From contig OZ024740.1 of NCBI GenBank assembly GCA_964016885.1, positions 235,166,001 through 235,230,000 on the forward strand: 64,000 nt of DNA, written 5' to 3'. Made by a program: the position numbers and the translations under genes. The notes under the pieces are model-generated. The model was not told the origin of the DNA and did no database searches. It saw only the letters and a program-made list of their open reading frames with translations. Positions 1 through 14,935 of the stretch are shown here, in pieces. How positions within the stretch are numbered: the stretch's first letter is position 1; every line of letters starts with the position of its first letter. This DNA comes from Eledone cirrhosa (taxonomy: Eukaryota).

Positions 1-1600
1 CACCACCTTCACATTGGCATCACCACACCACTGCACCACCTTCACATTGGCATCACCACACCACTGCACCACCTTCACATTGGCATCACCACACCACTGC
101 ACCACCTTCACATTGGCATCACCACACCACTGCACCACCTTCACATTGGCATCACCACACCACTGCACCACCTTCACATTGGCATCACCACACCACTGCA
201 CCACCTTCACATTAGCATCACCACACCACTACACCACCTTCACATTGGCATCACCACACCACTACACCACCTTCACATTGGCATCACCACACCACTACAC
301 CACCTTCACATTGGCATCACCACACCACTGCACCACCTTCACATTGGCATCACCACACCACTACACCACCTTCACATTGGCATCACCACACCACTACACC
401 ACCTTCACATTGGCATCACCACACCACTGCACCACCTTCACATTGGCATGACCACACTACTACACCATCTTCATATTGGCATCACTACACCACCTTCTCA
501 TTGGCATCACCACACCACTGCACCACCTTCACATTGGCATCACCACACCACTACACCACCTTCACATTGGCATCACCACACCACTGCACCACCTTCACAT
601 TGGCATGACCACACTACTACACCATCTTCATATTGGCATCACTACACCACCTTCTCATTGGCATCACCACACCACTGCACCACCTTCACATTGGCATGAC
701 CACACCACTACACCACCTTCACATTGGCATGACCACACCACTACACCACCTTCACATTGACATGACTACACCACCTTCACATTGGCATCACCACACCACT
801 ACACCACCTTCACATTGGCATCACCACACCACTACACCATCTTCACATTGGCATGACCATATCACTACACCACCTTCACATTGGCATGACCACACCACTA
901 CACCACCTTCACATTGACATGACTACACCACCTTCACATTGGCATCACCACACCACTGCACCACCTTCACATTAGCATCACCACACCACTGCACCACCTT
1001 CACATTGGCATGACCATACCACTACACCACCTTCACATTGGCATCACCACACTACTGCACCACCTTCACATTGGCATCACCACACCACTACACCACCTTC
1101 ACATTGGCATGACCATACCACTACACCAATTGGCATCACCACACCACTGCACCACCTTCACATTGGCATCACCACACCACTGCACCACCTTCACATTGGC
1201 ATCACCACACCACTACACCACCTTCACATTGGCATGACCATACCACTACACCACCTTCACATTGGCATGACCATACCACTACACCACCTTCACATTGGCA
1301 TCACCACACCACTTCACCACCTTCACATTGGCATCACCACACCACTACACCACCTTCACATTGGCATGACCACACCACTGCACCACCTTCACATTGGCAT
1401 GACCACACCACTACACCACCTTCACATTGACATGACCACCCCACTACACCACCTTCACATTGGCATCACCACACCACTTCACCACCTTCACATTGGCATC
1501 ACCACACCACCTTCACATTGGCATGACCACACCACTACACCACCTTCACATTGGCATGACCACACCACTACACCACCTTCACATTGGCATCACCACACTG
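1..1600. repeat. 33-bp minisatellite (ACATTGGCATCACCACACCACTRCACCACCTTC), ~48 units, runs off the left edge; intronic in the LEMD3-like gene
   Basis: Direct tandem periodicity; ORF track shows 11-aa repeats (TLASPHHCTTF); units with internal deletions after ~450. Confidence 0.97.
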
Positions 1601-1689
1601 CCAGACTTACCACACATTACCACTATCATCAGCATGCATTCACCACATCACCATGACACACACTCATTACCACACTGCAACCACCACCA

Positions 1690-4600
1690 TACACTCATTA
1701 CTCATTACTACACCACCACCACCACAACACATACACTCATTACTACACCACCACCACAACCACAACACATACACTCATTACTACACCACCACCACCACCA
1801 CCACAACACATACACTCATTACTACACCACCACCACAACACATACACTCATTACTACACCACCACCACAACACATACACTCATTACTACACCACCACCAC
1901 CATAACACATACACTCATTACTACACCACCACCACAACACATACACTCATTACTACACCACCACCACCATAACACATACACTCATTACCACACCACCACC
2001 ACCACAACACATACACTCATTACTACATCACCACCACAACACATACACTCATTACTACACCACCACCACAACACATACACTCATTACTACACCACCACCA
2101 CCATAACACATACACTCATTACTACACCACCACCACAACACATACACTCATTACTACACCACCACCACCATAACACATACACTCATTACCACACCACCAC
2201 CACCACAACACATACACTCATTACTACACCACCACTACCACAACACATACACTCATTACTACACCACCACCACCACAACACATACACTCATTACTACACC
2301 ACCTCCACCACCACAACACACTCATTACTACACCACCACCACCACAACACATACTGTCATTACTACACCACCACCACCACAACAACACACACTCATTACC
2401 ACACCACCACCACCATAACACATACACTCATTACCACAACACCACCACCATAACACATACACTCATTACCACAACACCACCACCATAACACATACACTCA
2501 TTACTACACCACCACCACCATAACACATACACTCATTACTACACCACCACCACCATAACACATACACTCATTACTACACCACCACCACCATAACACATAC
2601 ACTCATTACTACACCACCACCACCACCACAACACATACACTCATTACCACACCACCACCACAACACATACACTCATTACTACACCACCACTACCACAACA
2701 CATACACTCATTACTACACCACCACCACCACAACACATACACTCATTACTACACCACCTCCACCACCACAACACACTCATTACTACACCACCACAACACA
2801 TACTGTCATTACTACACCACCACCACCACAACAACACACACTCATTACCACAACACCACCACCATAACACATACACTCATTACCACAACACCACCACCAT
2901 AACACATACACTCATTACTACACCACCACCACCATAACACATACACTCATTACTACACCACCACCACCATAACACATACACTCATTACTACACCACCACC
3001 ACCACCACAACACATACACTCATTACCACACCACCACCACAACACATACACTCATTACTACACCACCACCACAACACATACACTCATTACTACACCACCA
3101 CCACAAACACATCACCACCACAACACATACACTCATTACTACACCACCAACCACAACACATACACTCATTACTACACCACCACCACACACATACACTCAT
3201 TACCACACCACCACCACAACCACAACACATACACTCATTACTACACCACCACCACCACCACCACAACACATACACTCATTACTACACCACCACCACAACA
3301 CATACTCAACACATACTCATTACTCCACCACCACCACAACACATACACTCATTACTACACCACCACAACACATACACTCATTACCACACCACCACCACCA
3401 CAACACATACACTCATTACTACACCACCACCACCACAACACATACACTCATTACTACACCACCACCACCACCACCACACATACACTCATTACCACACCAC
3501 CACAACACATACACTCATTACTACATCACCACCACAACACATACACTCATTACCACACCACCACCACCACAACACATATACTCATTACTCCACCACCACC
3601 ACAACACATACTCATTACTCCACCACCACCACAACACATACACTCATTACTACACCAGCACCACCACAACACATACACTCATTACCACACCACCACCACC
3701 ACAACACATACTCATTACTCCACCGCCACCACAACACATACTCATTACTACACCACCACCACAACACATACACTCATTACCACACCACCACCACCACAAC
3801 AGATACACTCATTACTACACCACCACCACAACACATACACTCATTACCACACCACCACCACCACCACAACACATACACTCATTACTACATCACCACCACC
3901 ACAACAGATACACTCATTACTACACCACCACCACAACACATACACTCATTACCACACCACCACCACCACAACACATATACTCATTACTCCACCACCACCA
4001 CAACACATACTCATTACTCCACCACCACCACAACACATACACTCATTACTACACCAGCACCACCACAACACATATACTCATTACCACACCACCACCACCA
4101 CCACACCACCACCACTACAACACATATACTCATTACTCCACCACCACCACAACACATACTCATTACTCCACCACCACCACAACACATACACTCATTACCA
4201 CACCACCACCACCACAACACATACACTCATTACCACACCACCACCACCACAACACATACACTCATTACCACACCACCACCACCACAACACATACACTCAT
4301 TACCACACCACCACCACCACCACAACACATACACTCATTACTACACCACCACCACAACACATACTCATTACTACACCACCACCACAACACATACACTCAT
4401 TACCACACCACCACAACACATACACTCATTACCACACCACCACCACCACAACACATACACTCATTACTACACCACCACCACCACAACACATACACTCATT
4501 ACTACACCACCACCACCATAACACATACACTCATTACTACACCACCACCACCATAACACATACACTCATTACCACACCACCACAACACATATACTCATTA

Positions 4601-7600
4601 CTACACCACCACCACAACACATACACTCATTACTACACCACCTCCACCACCACAACACACTCATTACCACACCACCACCACAACACACTCATTACCACAC
4701 CACCACCACCACCACCACATACTGTCATTACTACACCACCACCACCACCAACACATACACTCATTACTACACCACCACCACCACAACACATACACTCATT
4801 ACTACACCACCACCATCACCACAACACATACACTCATTACTACACCACCACCATCACCACAACACATACACTCATTACTACACCACCACCACCACAACAC
4901 ATATACTCATTACTACACCGCCACCACAACACATACATTCATTACTACACCACCACCATCACCACAACACATACACTCATTACTACACCACCACCATCAC
5001 CACAACACATACACTCATTACTACACCACCACCATCACCACAACACATGCACTCATTACTACACCACCACCACCACCACAACACATACACTCATTACTAC
5101 ACCACCACCATCACCACAACACATACACTCATTACTACACCACCACCATCACCACAACACATACACTCATTACTACACCACCACCACAACACATACACTC
5201 ATTACTACACCACCACCATCACCACAACACATACACTCATTACTACACCACCACCACCACAACACATACACTCATTACTACACCACCACCACAACACATA
5301 CACTCATTACTACACCACCACCACAACACATACACTCATTACTACACCACCACCACAACACATACACTCATTACTACACCACCACCATCACCACAACACA
5401 TACACTCATTACTACACCACCACCACAACACATACACTCATTACTACACCACCACCATCACCACAACACATACACTCATTACTACACCACCACCACCACA
5501 ACACATACACTCATTACTACACCACCACCACAACACATACACTCATTACTACACCACCACCACAACACATACACTCATTACTACACCACCACCACAACAC
5601 ATACACTCATTACTACACCACCACCATCACCACAACACATACACTCATTACTACACCACCACCACCACAACACATACACTCATTACTACACCACCACCAC
5701 AACACATACACTCATTACTACACCACCACCACAACACATACACTCATTACTACACCACCACCAAAACACATCCACTCATTACTACACCACCACCACAACA
5801 CATACACTCATTACAACACCACCACAACACATACACTCATTACCACACCACCACCACCACAACACATACACTCATTACTACACCACCGCCACCACAACAC
5901 ATACACTCATTACTACACCACCACCATCACCACAACACATACACTCATTACTACACCACCACCACCACCACAACACATACACTCATTACTACACCACCAC
6001 CACCACCACCACCACAACACATACACTCATTACCACACCACCACCACCACAACACATACACTCATTACTACACCACCACCACAATCCATACACTCATTAC
6101 TACACCACCACCACCACAACCCATACACTCATTACTACACCACCACAACACATACACTCATTACTACACCACCACAACACATACACTCATTACTACACCA
6201 CCACAACCCATACACTCATTACTACACCACCACCACCACAACACATACACACATTACTACACCACCACCACCACAACACATACACTCATTACTACACCAC
6301 CACAACACATACACTCATTACTACACCACCACAACACATACACTCATTACTACACCACCACCACCACAACACATACACTCATTACTACACCACCACAACA
6401 CATACACTCATTACTACACCACCACAACACATACACTCATTACTACACCACCACAACACATACACTCATTACTACACCACCACAACACATACACTCATTA
6501 CTACACCACCACAACACATACACTCATTACTACACCACCACAACACATACACTCATTACTACACCACCACAACACATACACTCATTACTACACCACCACA
6601 ACACATACACTCATTACTACACCACCACAACACATACACTCATTACTACACCACCACAACACATACACTCATTACTACACCACCACAACACATACACTCA
6701 TTACTACACCACCACAACACATACACTCATTACTACACCACCACCACCACAACACATACACTCATTACTACACCACCACAACACATACACTCATTACTAC
6801 ACCACCACAACACATACACTCATTACTACACCACCACCACCACAACACATACACTCATTACTACACCACCACAACACATACACTCATTACTACACCACCA
6901 CAACACATACACTCATTACTACACCACCACCACCACAACACATACACTCATTACTACACCACCACAACACATACACTCATTACTACACCACCACAACACA
7001 TACACTCATTACTACACCACCACAACACATACACTCATTACTACACCACCACAACACATACACTCATTACTACACCACCACCACCACAACACATACACAC
7101 ATTACTACACCACCACCACCACAACACATACACTCATTACCACACCACCACAACACATACACTCATTACTACACCACCACCACCACAACACATACACTCA
7201 TTACTACACCACCACCACCACAACACATACACTCATTACTACACCACCACCACCACAACACATACACACATTACTACACCACCACCACCACAACACATAC
7301 ACTCATTACTACACCACCACAACACATACACTCATTACTACACCACCACCACCACAACACATACACTCATTACTACACCACCACCACCACAACACATACA
7401 CTCATTACTACACCACCACCACCACAACACATACACACATTACTACACCACCACCACCACAACACATACACTCATTACTACACCACCACAACACATACAC
7501 TCATTACTACACCACCACCACCACAACACATACACTCATTACTACACCACCACCACCACAACACATACACTCATTACTACACCACCACCACCACAACACA

Positions 7601-9327
7601 TACACACATTACTACACCACCACCACCACAACACATACACTCATTACTACACCACCACAACACATACACTCATTACTACACCACCACCACCACAACACAT
7701 ACACTCATTACTACACCACCACCACCACAACACATACACACATTACTACACCACCACCACCACAACACATACACTCATTACTACACCACCACAACACATA
7801 CACTCATTACTACACCACCACCACCACAACACATACACTCATTACTACACCACCACCACCACAACACATACACTCATTACTACACCACCACCACCACAAC
7901 ACATACACTCATTACTACACCACCACCACCACAACACATACACTCATTACTACACCACCACCACCACAACACATACACTCATTACTACACCACCACCACC
8001 ACAACACATACACTCATTACTACACCAGCACCACCACAACACATACACTCATTACTACACCACCACCACCACAACACATACACTCATTACTACACCACCA
8101 CCACCACAACACATACACTCATTACTACACCACCACCACCACAACACATACACTCATTACTACACCACCACCACCACAACACATACACTCATTACTACAC
8201 CACCACCACCACAACACATACACTCATTACTACACCACCACCACCACAACACATACACTCATTACTACACCAGCACCACCACAACACATACACTCATTAC
8301 TACACCACCACCACCACAACACATACACTCATTACTACACCACCACCACCACAACACATACACTCATTACTACACCACCACCACCACAACACATACACTC
8401 ATTACTACACCACCACCACCACAACACATACACTCATTACTACACCACCACCACCACAACACATACACTCATTACTACACCACCACCACCACAACACATA
8501 CACTCATTACTACACCACCACCACCACAACACATACACTCATTACTACACCAGCACCACCACAACACATACACTCATTACCACACCACCACCACCACAAC
8601 ACATACACTCATTACTACACCACCACCACCACCACCACTACAACACATACACTCATTACCACACCACCACCACCACTACAACACATACACTCATTACCAC
8701 ACCACCACCACCACTACAACACATACACTCATTACTACACCACCACCACTACAACACATACACTCATTACCACACCGCCACCACTACAACACATACACTC
8801 ATTACCACACCACCACCACCACCACAACACATACACTCATTACCACACCACCACCACCACAACACATACACTCATTACTACACCACCACCACCACACCAC
8901 CACCACTACAACACATACACTCATTACCACACCACCACCACCACAACACATACACTCATTACCACCACACCACCACCACCACAACACATACACTCATTAC
9001 CACACCACCACCACCACAACACATACACTCATTACTACACCACCACCACCACACCACCACCACTACAACACATACACTCATTACCACACCACCACCACCA
9101 CAACACATACACTCATTACTACACCACCACCACCACACCACCACCACTACAACACATACACTCATTACCACACCACCACCACCACAACACATACACTCAT
9201 TACCACACCGCCACCACCACTACAACACATACACTCATTACTACACCACCACCACCACCACAACACATACACTCATTACTACACCACCACCACCACCACA
9301 ACACATACACTCATTACCACACCACCA
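1690..9327. repeat. Compound minisatellite: core AACACATACACTCATTACTA plus variable (CAC)n, units mostly 29/32/35/38 bp, roughly 230-240 units; intronic
   Basis: Direct periodicity (35 bp at 7931 to 7966); almost no G on + strand; ends ~40 nt before the 3' splice site at 9368-9369. Confidence 0.97.
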
Positions 9328-9369
9328 GTGTACTGCTTCCACCTTATGTTTTGTTATTGTGTCTTTCAG

Positions 9370-9448
9370 GGATGTGTCTACATTAAATGTGACAATTGTG
9401 AAACTGCAGGTCATGTGTACAAATCCCTCCATGGATGGTGGTTTGATA
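9370..9448 (+). CDS. LEMD3: Penultimate coding exon of LEMD3/MAN1-like inner nuclear membrane protein (C-terminal RRM/UHM domain); upstream exons lie outside the window
   Basis: tttcag|GGA acceptor; translates GCVYIKCDNCETAGHVYKSLHGWWFD; A|gtaagt donor; resembles MAN1 motif GCVYVKC...AG.A...LHG.WFDG. Confidence 0.88.
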
Positions 9449-9456
9449 GTAAGTAC

Positions 9457-9761
9457 ATCTCTCTCTCTCCCTCTCCCTCTCCCTCTCTCTCTCTCCCTCT
9501 CCCTCTCTCTCTCTCTCCCTCTCCCTCCCTCTCTCTCTCTCGTGGTGAGACAGAAGACAGCTACGTCCCCATGCTATGGTGACAGTAGAAAATTATGTTC
9601 TACAACAATCTCTTTAACACTCTCTCTCTCCCTCTCTCTCTCTCACTCTCTCTCTCACTCTCTCTCTCTCTCTCTCCCCCCCTCTCTCTCTCCCTCTCTC
9701 TCTCTCTCTCTCCCTCTCACTCTCTCTCACTCTCTCCCCCTCTCCCTCTCTCCTCCTCTCC

Positions 9762-9794
<33 letters not shown>

Positions 9795-10016
9795 CCGTGG
9801 TGAGACAGAAGACAGCTACGTCCCCATGCTATGGTGACAGTAGAAAATTATGTTCTACAACAATCTCTTTAACACTCTCTCTCTCCCTCTCTCTCTCTCA
9901 CTCTCTCTCTCACTCTCTCTCTCTCTCTCTCCCCCCCTCTCTCTCTCCCTCTCTCTCTCTCTCTCTCCCTCTCACTCTCTCTCACTCTCTCCCCCTCTCC
10001 CTCTCTCCTCCTCTCC

Positions 10017-10049
<33 letters not shown>

Positions 10050-10271
10050 CCGTGGTGAGACAGAAGACAGCTACGTCCCCATGCTATGGTGACAGTAGAA
10101 AATTATGTTCTACAACAATCTCTTTAACACTCTCTCTCTCCCTCTCTCTCTCTCACTCTCTCTCTCACTCTCTCTCTCTCTCTCTCCCCCCCTCTCTCTC
10201 TCCCTCTCTCTCTCTCTCTCTCCCTCTCACTCTCTCTCACTCTCTCCCCCTCTCCCTCTCTCCTCCTCTCC

Positions 10272-10304
<33 letters not shown>

Positions 10305-10526
10305 CCGTGGTGAGACAGAAGACAGCTACGTCCCCATGCTATGGTGACAGTAGAAAATTATGTTCTACAACAATCTCTTTAACACTCTCTCTCTCTCTCA
10401 CTCTCTCTCACTCTCTCTCTCACTCTCTCTCTCTCTCTCTCCCCCCCTCTCTCTCTCCCTCTCTCTCTCTCTCTCTCCCTCTCACTCTCTCTCACTCTCT
10501 CCCCCTCTCCCTCTCTCCTCCTCTCC

Positions 10527-10559
<33 letters not shown>

Positions 10560-10699
10560 CCGTGGTGAGACAGAAGACAGCTACGTCCCCATGCTATGGT
10601 GACAGTAGAAAATTATGTTCTACAACAATCTCTTTAACACTCTCTCTCTCCCTCTCTCTCACTCTCCCTCTCTCACTCTCTCTCTCTCTCTCTTTCTCT
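9457..10699. repeat. Five ~80-bp cores at 255-bp spacing (9541, 9796, 10051, 10306, 10561) separated by irregular (CT)n tracts, filling the last LEMD3 intron
   Basis: Core CGTGGTGAGACAGAAGACAGCTACG...CAATCTCTTTAACAC repeated identically; ORF track gives four near-identical 80-aa peptides 255 nt apart. Confidence 0.96.
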
Positions 10700-10701
10700 A
10701 G

Positions 10702-10859
10702 GACGTTTAGTGACAGTGAAGTACCTCCGGCTGGATATGTACCATGAACGTTTCCCGTCATCTCGAGTTGCCATGAAAGCCATGAAGCCATCTTCACACA
10801 GCAGAACACATTCAGTGTGTCAGCAGCCCTTACAACGATACAATCTACAGATGTCATAG
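10702..10859 (+). CDS. LEMD3: Terminal coding exon of LEMD3/MAN1-like gene
   Basis: ttctctag|GA acceptor matching the phase-1 donor; RRLVTVKYLRLDMYHERFPSSRVAMKAMKPS...QMS-TAG; resembles MAN1 KLVTVKYLRLDRYHHRFP...PLKPS. Confidence 0.88.
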
Positions 10860-11109
10860 GTCACACCAATGCTTTCCAGTGCCTTTCTTTCTCCGCAACC
10901 ATCCCTCTCCTTGTACTCATTCTTTACCTTGTACTCATTTTCACCTTTTTTCATGAACTCTACATATGCTCTACTACCATGTGACTTGCTGTCTGTAGCA
11001 TGTTACAACATTGTTACATCATCACCAGTATCATAATCATCACCACTAACATCACAACAATGTACTACTGCTGGCTGTTATTTCATGTCAGTCTACTTAC
11101 TTTTTGTTT

Positions 11110-11342
11110 GTTTGTGTGTGTGTGTAAATATATACGTACATTTGCATAAGTGTGTATGTGTGTGTGTATATATATATATATGTGTGTGAGTGTGTGTGTC
11201 ATCTATATATGTATATATAACCATGTAGGAACACTTGTATATGCGTTGTGTCACATCTATAAATTGCTGTTGTGTGTCTGTATGCCTCTATACATGTCAT
11301 ATCTCTCTCTCTCCCTGTCTATATATATATATATATATATAT
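11110..11342. repeat. (TG)n/(TA)n microsatellite patch in the probable LEMD3 3' UTR
   Basis: Visible dinucleotide runs. Confidence 0.85.
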
Positions 11343-14300
11343 CCCTTTCTTCTATCAGAGTGTTTTGGTATGTTTGTTACTGTCCTACATTGCCTCATCA
11401 TTCACCAACATACTCTACTAACCACACACCATCTACCTCATACTGAAACATGGACATTTTGATGTTCACCATTTTACTCCACTACACTTAATGATATTAC
11501 ACCCTCTCTCCATTCCTGATGCTGCTCTGTTCTCTCATTTTAAACTAATTTAACTTCATATCAAAAGAAAACAAAGGACCTTGATTTTTGTCTTGTCACT
11601 TTTTTGTGTTTATTTATCATTTTTTGTTGTTGTTACTATCCTTCAGATCAGTTTTTTTTTTTGTGTGGTGTTTCAATATGTCTACCTTAACATAGCTGCT
11701 TTCTTTCCCTACAAATAGTTGTCACATATTACTCTACATAGCTACCCTGTTGTGTTACTCTACATATGACATCTATGTGTAACACCATGGTAGCTATAAG
11801 TTGTCATGTAGTATTTCCTTAACATAGCTAGTGTGTTACCCTACATTATATTTGAACCAAGCCTACCACAACTAAACTGGGTGGCATCTAATTAATAGGG
11901 CTTCGAATGAATAAATGAATTCGTTTAGCTTCCCAACTAGTTCACTGGTCTAAATACAGCTGTAGAGTGTAGAAACAGGCTTGCAAATATAAGTAATTTC
12001 TAATATGTCCCTTATTTGGTCCAATTTGTTTCAGTGAAGTTTGCTTATTGTTGAAAATCTTTTGTTTGAAAAGGCTTCTCTTGTTTGCTTGAAAAGCTTT
12101 TTTGTACTCTCTTCCTGCTCATCTGTTATCTTACCTCTTTACTACACTCTCACCTCTGTTGCTCTACTTCTGTACTATCAGTAAAGATAGTTCCTAGAAA
12201 CAATACCATCACAACCTTTGTACTTCGGTGTGTGTGTGTGTGTGGAATAATTTATTTTGCATTTAGTTGTTTGTACCTTTATACACTAATGTACTGTATG
12301 GTGTTGTGATATTCCTGTGGGGCTGTAACACACGTCTGTATTCTGATAATAATACACCTCTGTAATATGGTGTAACTACTGTATCTAGTGTGACACAGTT
12401 CAATACAGTTGTTCTGTGGTGTGACACAACTCTGTATTATTGTGTCAATCATTAATCAAACAATTTCATTTAACCATTGTCTTCATATAAGCATCCCCTT
12501 CCTGTTCTTCCAAACAGTGACATATTTATTTCCACATTTCCCTCATCTTTTACACATGCTCACACACACATTACTGTAGATGGTCATTAAATGAGAAATC
12601 TAACATCAAACTTCTATAATCTGAGCTAATAACTCTGTCAACCTAAGTACCCAGCTCTGCTGTTCCGCTACTGCTCTATACCACCTTCATCATCTTGTTC
12701 GCCAACATTCATCTAATTGAAAATTATTTACAGACTCTAAAACTGGCCAGTTTTCATACTTTCTCCTTCAACTAATAGTTGTCCGTCCATTTCAAGGAAA
12801 TCCCTCTTTCCTCTACTCCTTTGTCTGTTTCAGTTTGTTTCTCTGCAGTTTTCTTTTTTGCATTGTACACAATACGTTGAGGCCAGATTCTCTCCCTTAC
12901 CTCGTGACCAACTTTGCCTTTCATTTTTTTTTTTTTGTTGGGGGGGTTTCATTCAGGTTTGGCATAGGGTCAATATATTGAGATTTATTCAATCAACCGT
13001 TCTTACTCCACTCATAGAAACATTTGTGTGCCTGATTCAAAGAAATCTAATATTATTATTAATAGTAGTAGTATTATTATTGAGGGTGATGGAGTGGTAG
13101 AAACAGTACTGTATCAGACAAGATGCCTAATAGTATTTAATTCCATCCCTTTATGGTCTGAGTTCAAAACACACTGGGATTGATTCAGTTGACTATATAA
13201 CCCATCCTCTATAAATTTAGGGTCTTGAACTCATATAAAAATCTATTGTTTATAGGCACCATGCCACAAGAGTCACTTGCCAGTTAAGAAAGTCCTCAAT
13301 TTCAATTTCTTGGAATCTGTTTCATTTCCATTGCCTGAAAAAGTAGACAATGTCACAAACCATTCCCTCTTTTCCGAAAACATTGTTGCTTCATATTTAT
13401 GGTAAAAAAAAAAAAAAGTTTTTTACTTGTAAATTTGTTTGTAATGAATTTGTCCTCTGCATCTATTTCTAAATATGACCCTATATTCCAACTGTGTAAC
13501 ATTCTCTTCCATTCTGCTACACATCATAATCAACAATCAGCTAAAGTGAGCCTGCCTTAACCTCTTGCAACACTCATCATCCTTCGGTTGTTTTTAACTT
13601 TTTTTTCTAGAATTTTCTTAAAAACATTCTGTTGCCTCTTATTTCAACTATTTCCCTTTATTTAAGGAGAGAATATCTGAGGAAAATGCAGTTTTGACAG
13701 TGTTAATGTGGCTCTTATTCTTGGTGTCACATTTAATCACCTGGCCAGACTATATTATATGATCCATCATCTACCATCTGGCTTAGTTGAGTGACTCAGT
13801 TAACTCATCAACTGGAAACTTGGACAGACTTGACAGTGCTGTTATGATCATATGTGAGATGATATCTGAGTTTGGAACAATTAGATATGTTTCACCTGAA
13901 ACACAGTCTGTGATGGAATTGTGTTGGTATGAGAAGAACAAGAAAGGTGGTAGTGTTGCTTAAAATACAATGTATATAATTCAATTCAATCCACTCAACT
14001 ATACCTCCTCCCCTCAGAAATTTTGCCTTGTTCTTTGTCAGATGAGAATCATGTGGCACCATTAATCTGATATGAACTAAGCAATGAAATCAATCCTTAC
14101 ATCTTTACTATGATTTATGTGACAAGGTTAAATACACAAAACCCCTTGTGTGCTTGAAAAGTAAAACACAGTATTATTGTATGAGTTGTCCTCTGACTGC
14201 ATCAGAAAAGATACTATGTATCTTTTCTGCATTCTTTGTTGAACAATTTTACAGTCCAAGTTTGTGTAAACCGTCTAGTGTCAACTGCTGCTTGAGTGAA

Positions 14301-14777
14301 TGGGGGATAACCATGGCTAAGTGCTTATAATATTGTATTTTTAGCTAAATAGTTGTAGGTTCATTATTCAATTCTGGTGTTGTGTCCCTCAATCATTGTC
14401 TCCAGTTACCTGGCAGTAGAGGTGTTTGCTAAGCTATCTCAAGTGGTGTGGATCTGGACCAAGCCATTGAACCTTCTTTGGTACTCCTACTTAGCTGGCA
14501 GCAGACTGACTAACAATTTTGAAATGGTAGAGTACTGAGCTGACTAAAAAATGATGTGTAGCCTGATGGTTTACAGTGCCGGGATCAAATACACTCACAG
14601 AAAATTCACTGCTGCTACTATTACTATTACTACCACCTGTATGTTATTCTCTCTCCTTTCTCTCATTTCACCTGGCCAGAATGATAGTCATGCTACTACT
14701 GAACATACAATTGGCTAAAAAAAAAGATCCTAGAGACTTGGTTTTTTAAAAACTTTTTATTTGTATTTTTTTTAATT

Positions 14778-14778
14778 G

Positions 14779-14811
<33 letters not shown>

Positions 14812-14935
14812 GTATATGTGTGTATAAATATGTGTATATAATGTGTGTGTGAATATATACATATGTGTATATGTAGGTATATATATATGTGTGTGTGTGT
14901 GTGTCTATATATATATGTATATATATATGTATATT
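14778..14935. repeat. (TA)n/(TG)n microsatellite
   Basis: Visible dinucleotide runs. Confidence 0.9.

Noticed and set aside
14-2453. Multiple overlapping His-rich ORFs
   Set aside because: All frames of stop-poor tandem repeats; frame-breaking unit deletions; no splice or domain evidence
5047-9582. 1511-aa His/Thr/Pro-rich ORF as a real protein
   Set aside because: Translation of a G-poor minisatellite cycling through three frames; only 9370-9448 is a real exon with proper splice sites
9541-9620. Repeat core as an intronic H/ACA snoRNA (ACAGTA box, GTAGAA/TTCTAC hairpin, ACA)
   Set aside because: Second hairpin has only a 6-bp stem and there is no convincing first hairpin or pseudouridylation pocket; an Rfam/Infernal scan would be needed to revive it
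9541-10640. 255-bp repeat or 40-bp array as a CRISPR-like array
   Set aside because: Spacers are near-identical microsatellite tracts rather than unique sequences; eukaryotic intron; no cas genes
9359-10747. 462-aa Ser/Leu-rich ORF and four 80-aa ORFs
   Set aside because: Read-through of (CT)n tracts in a GT-AG intron, out of frame with the conserved exons
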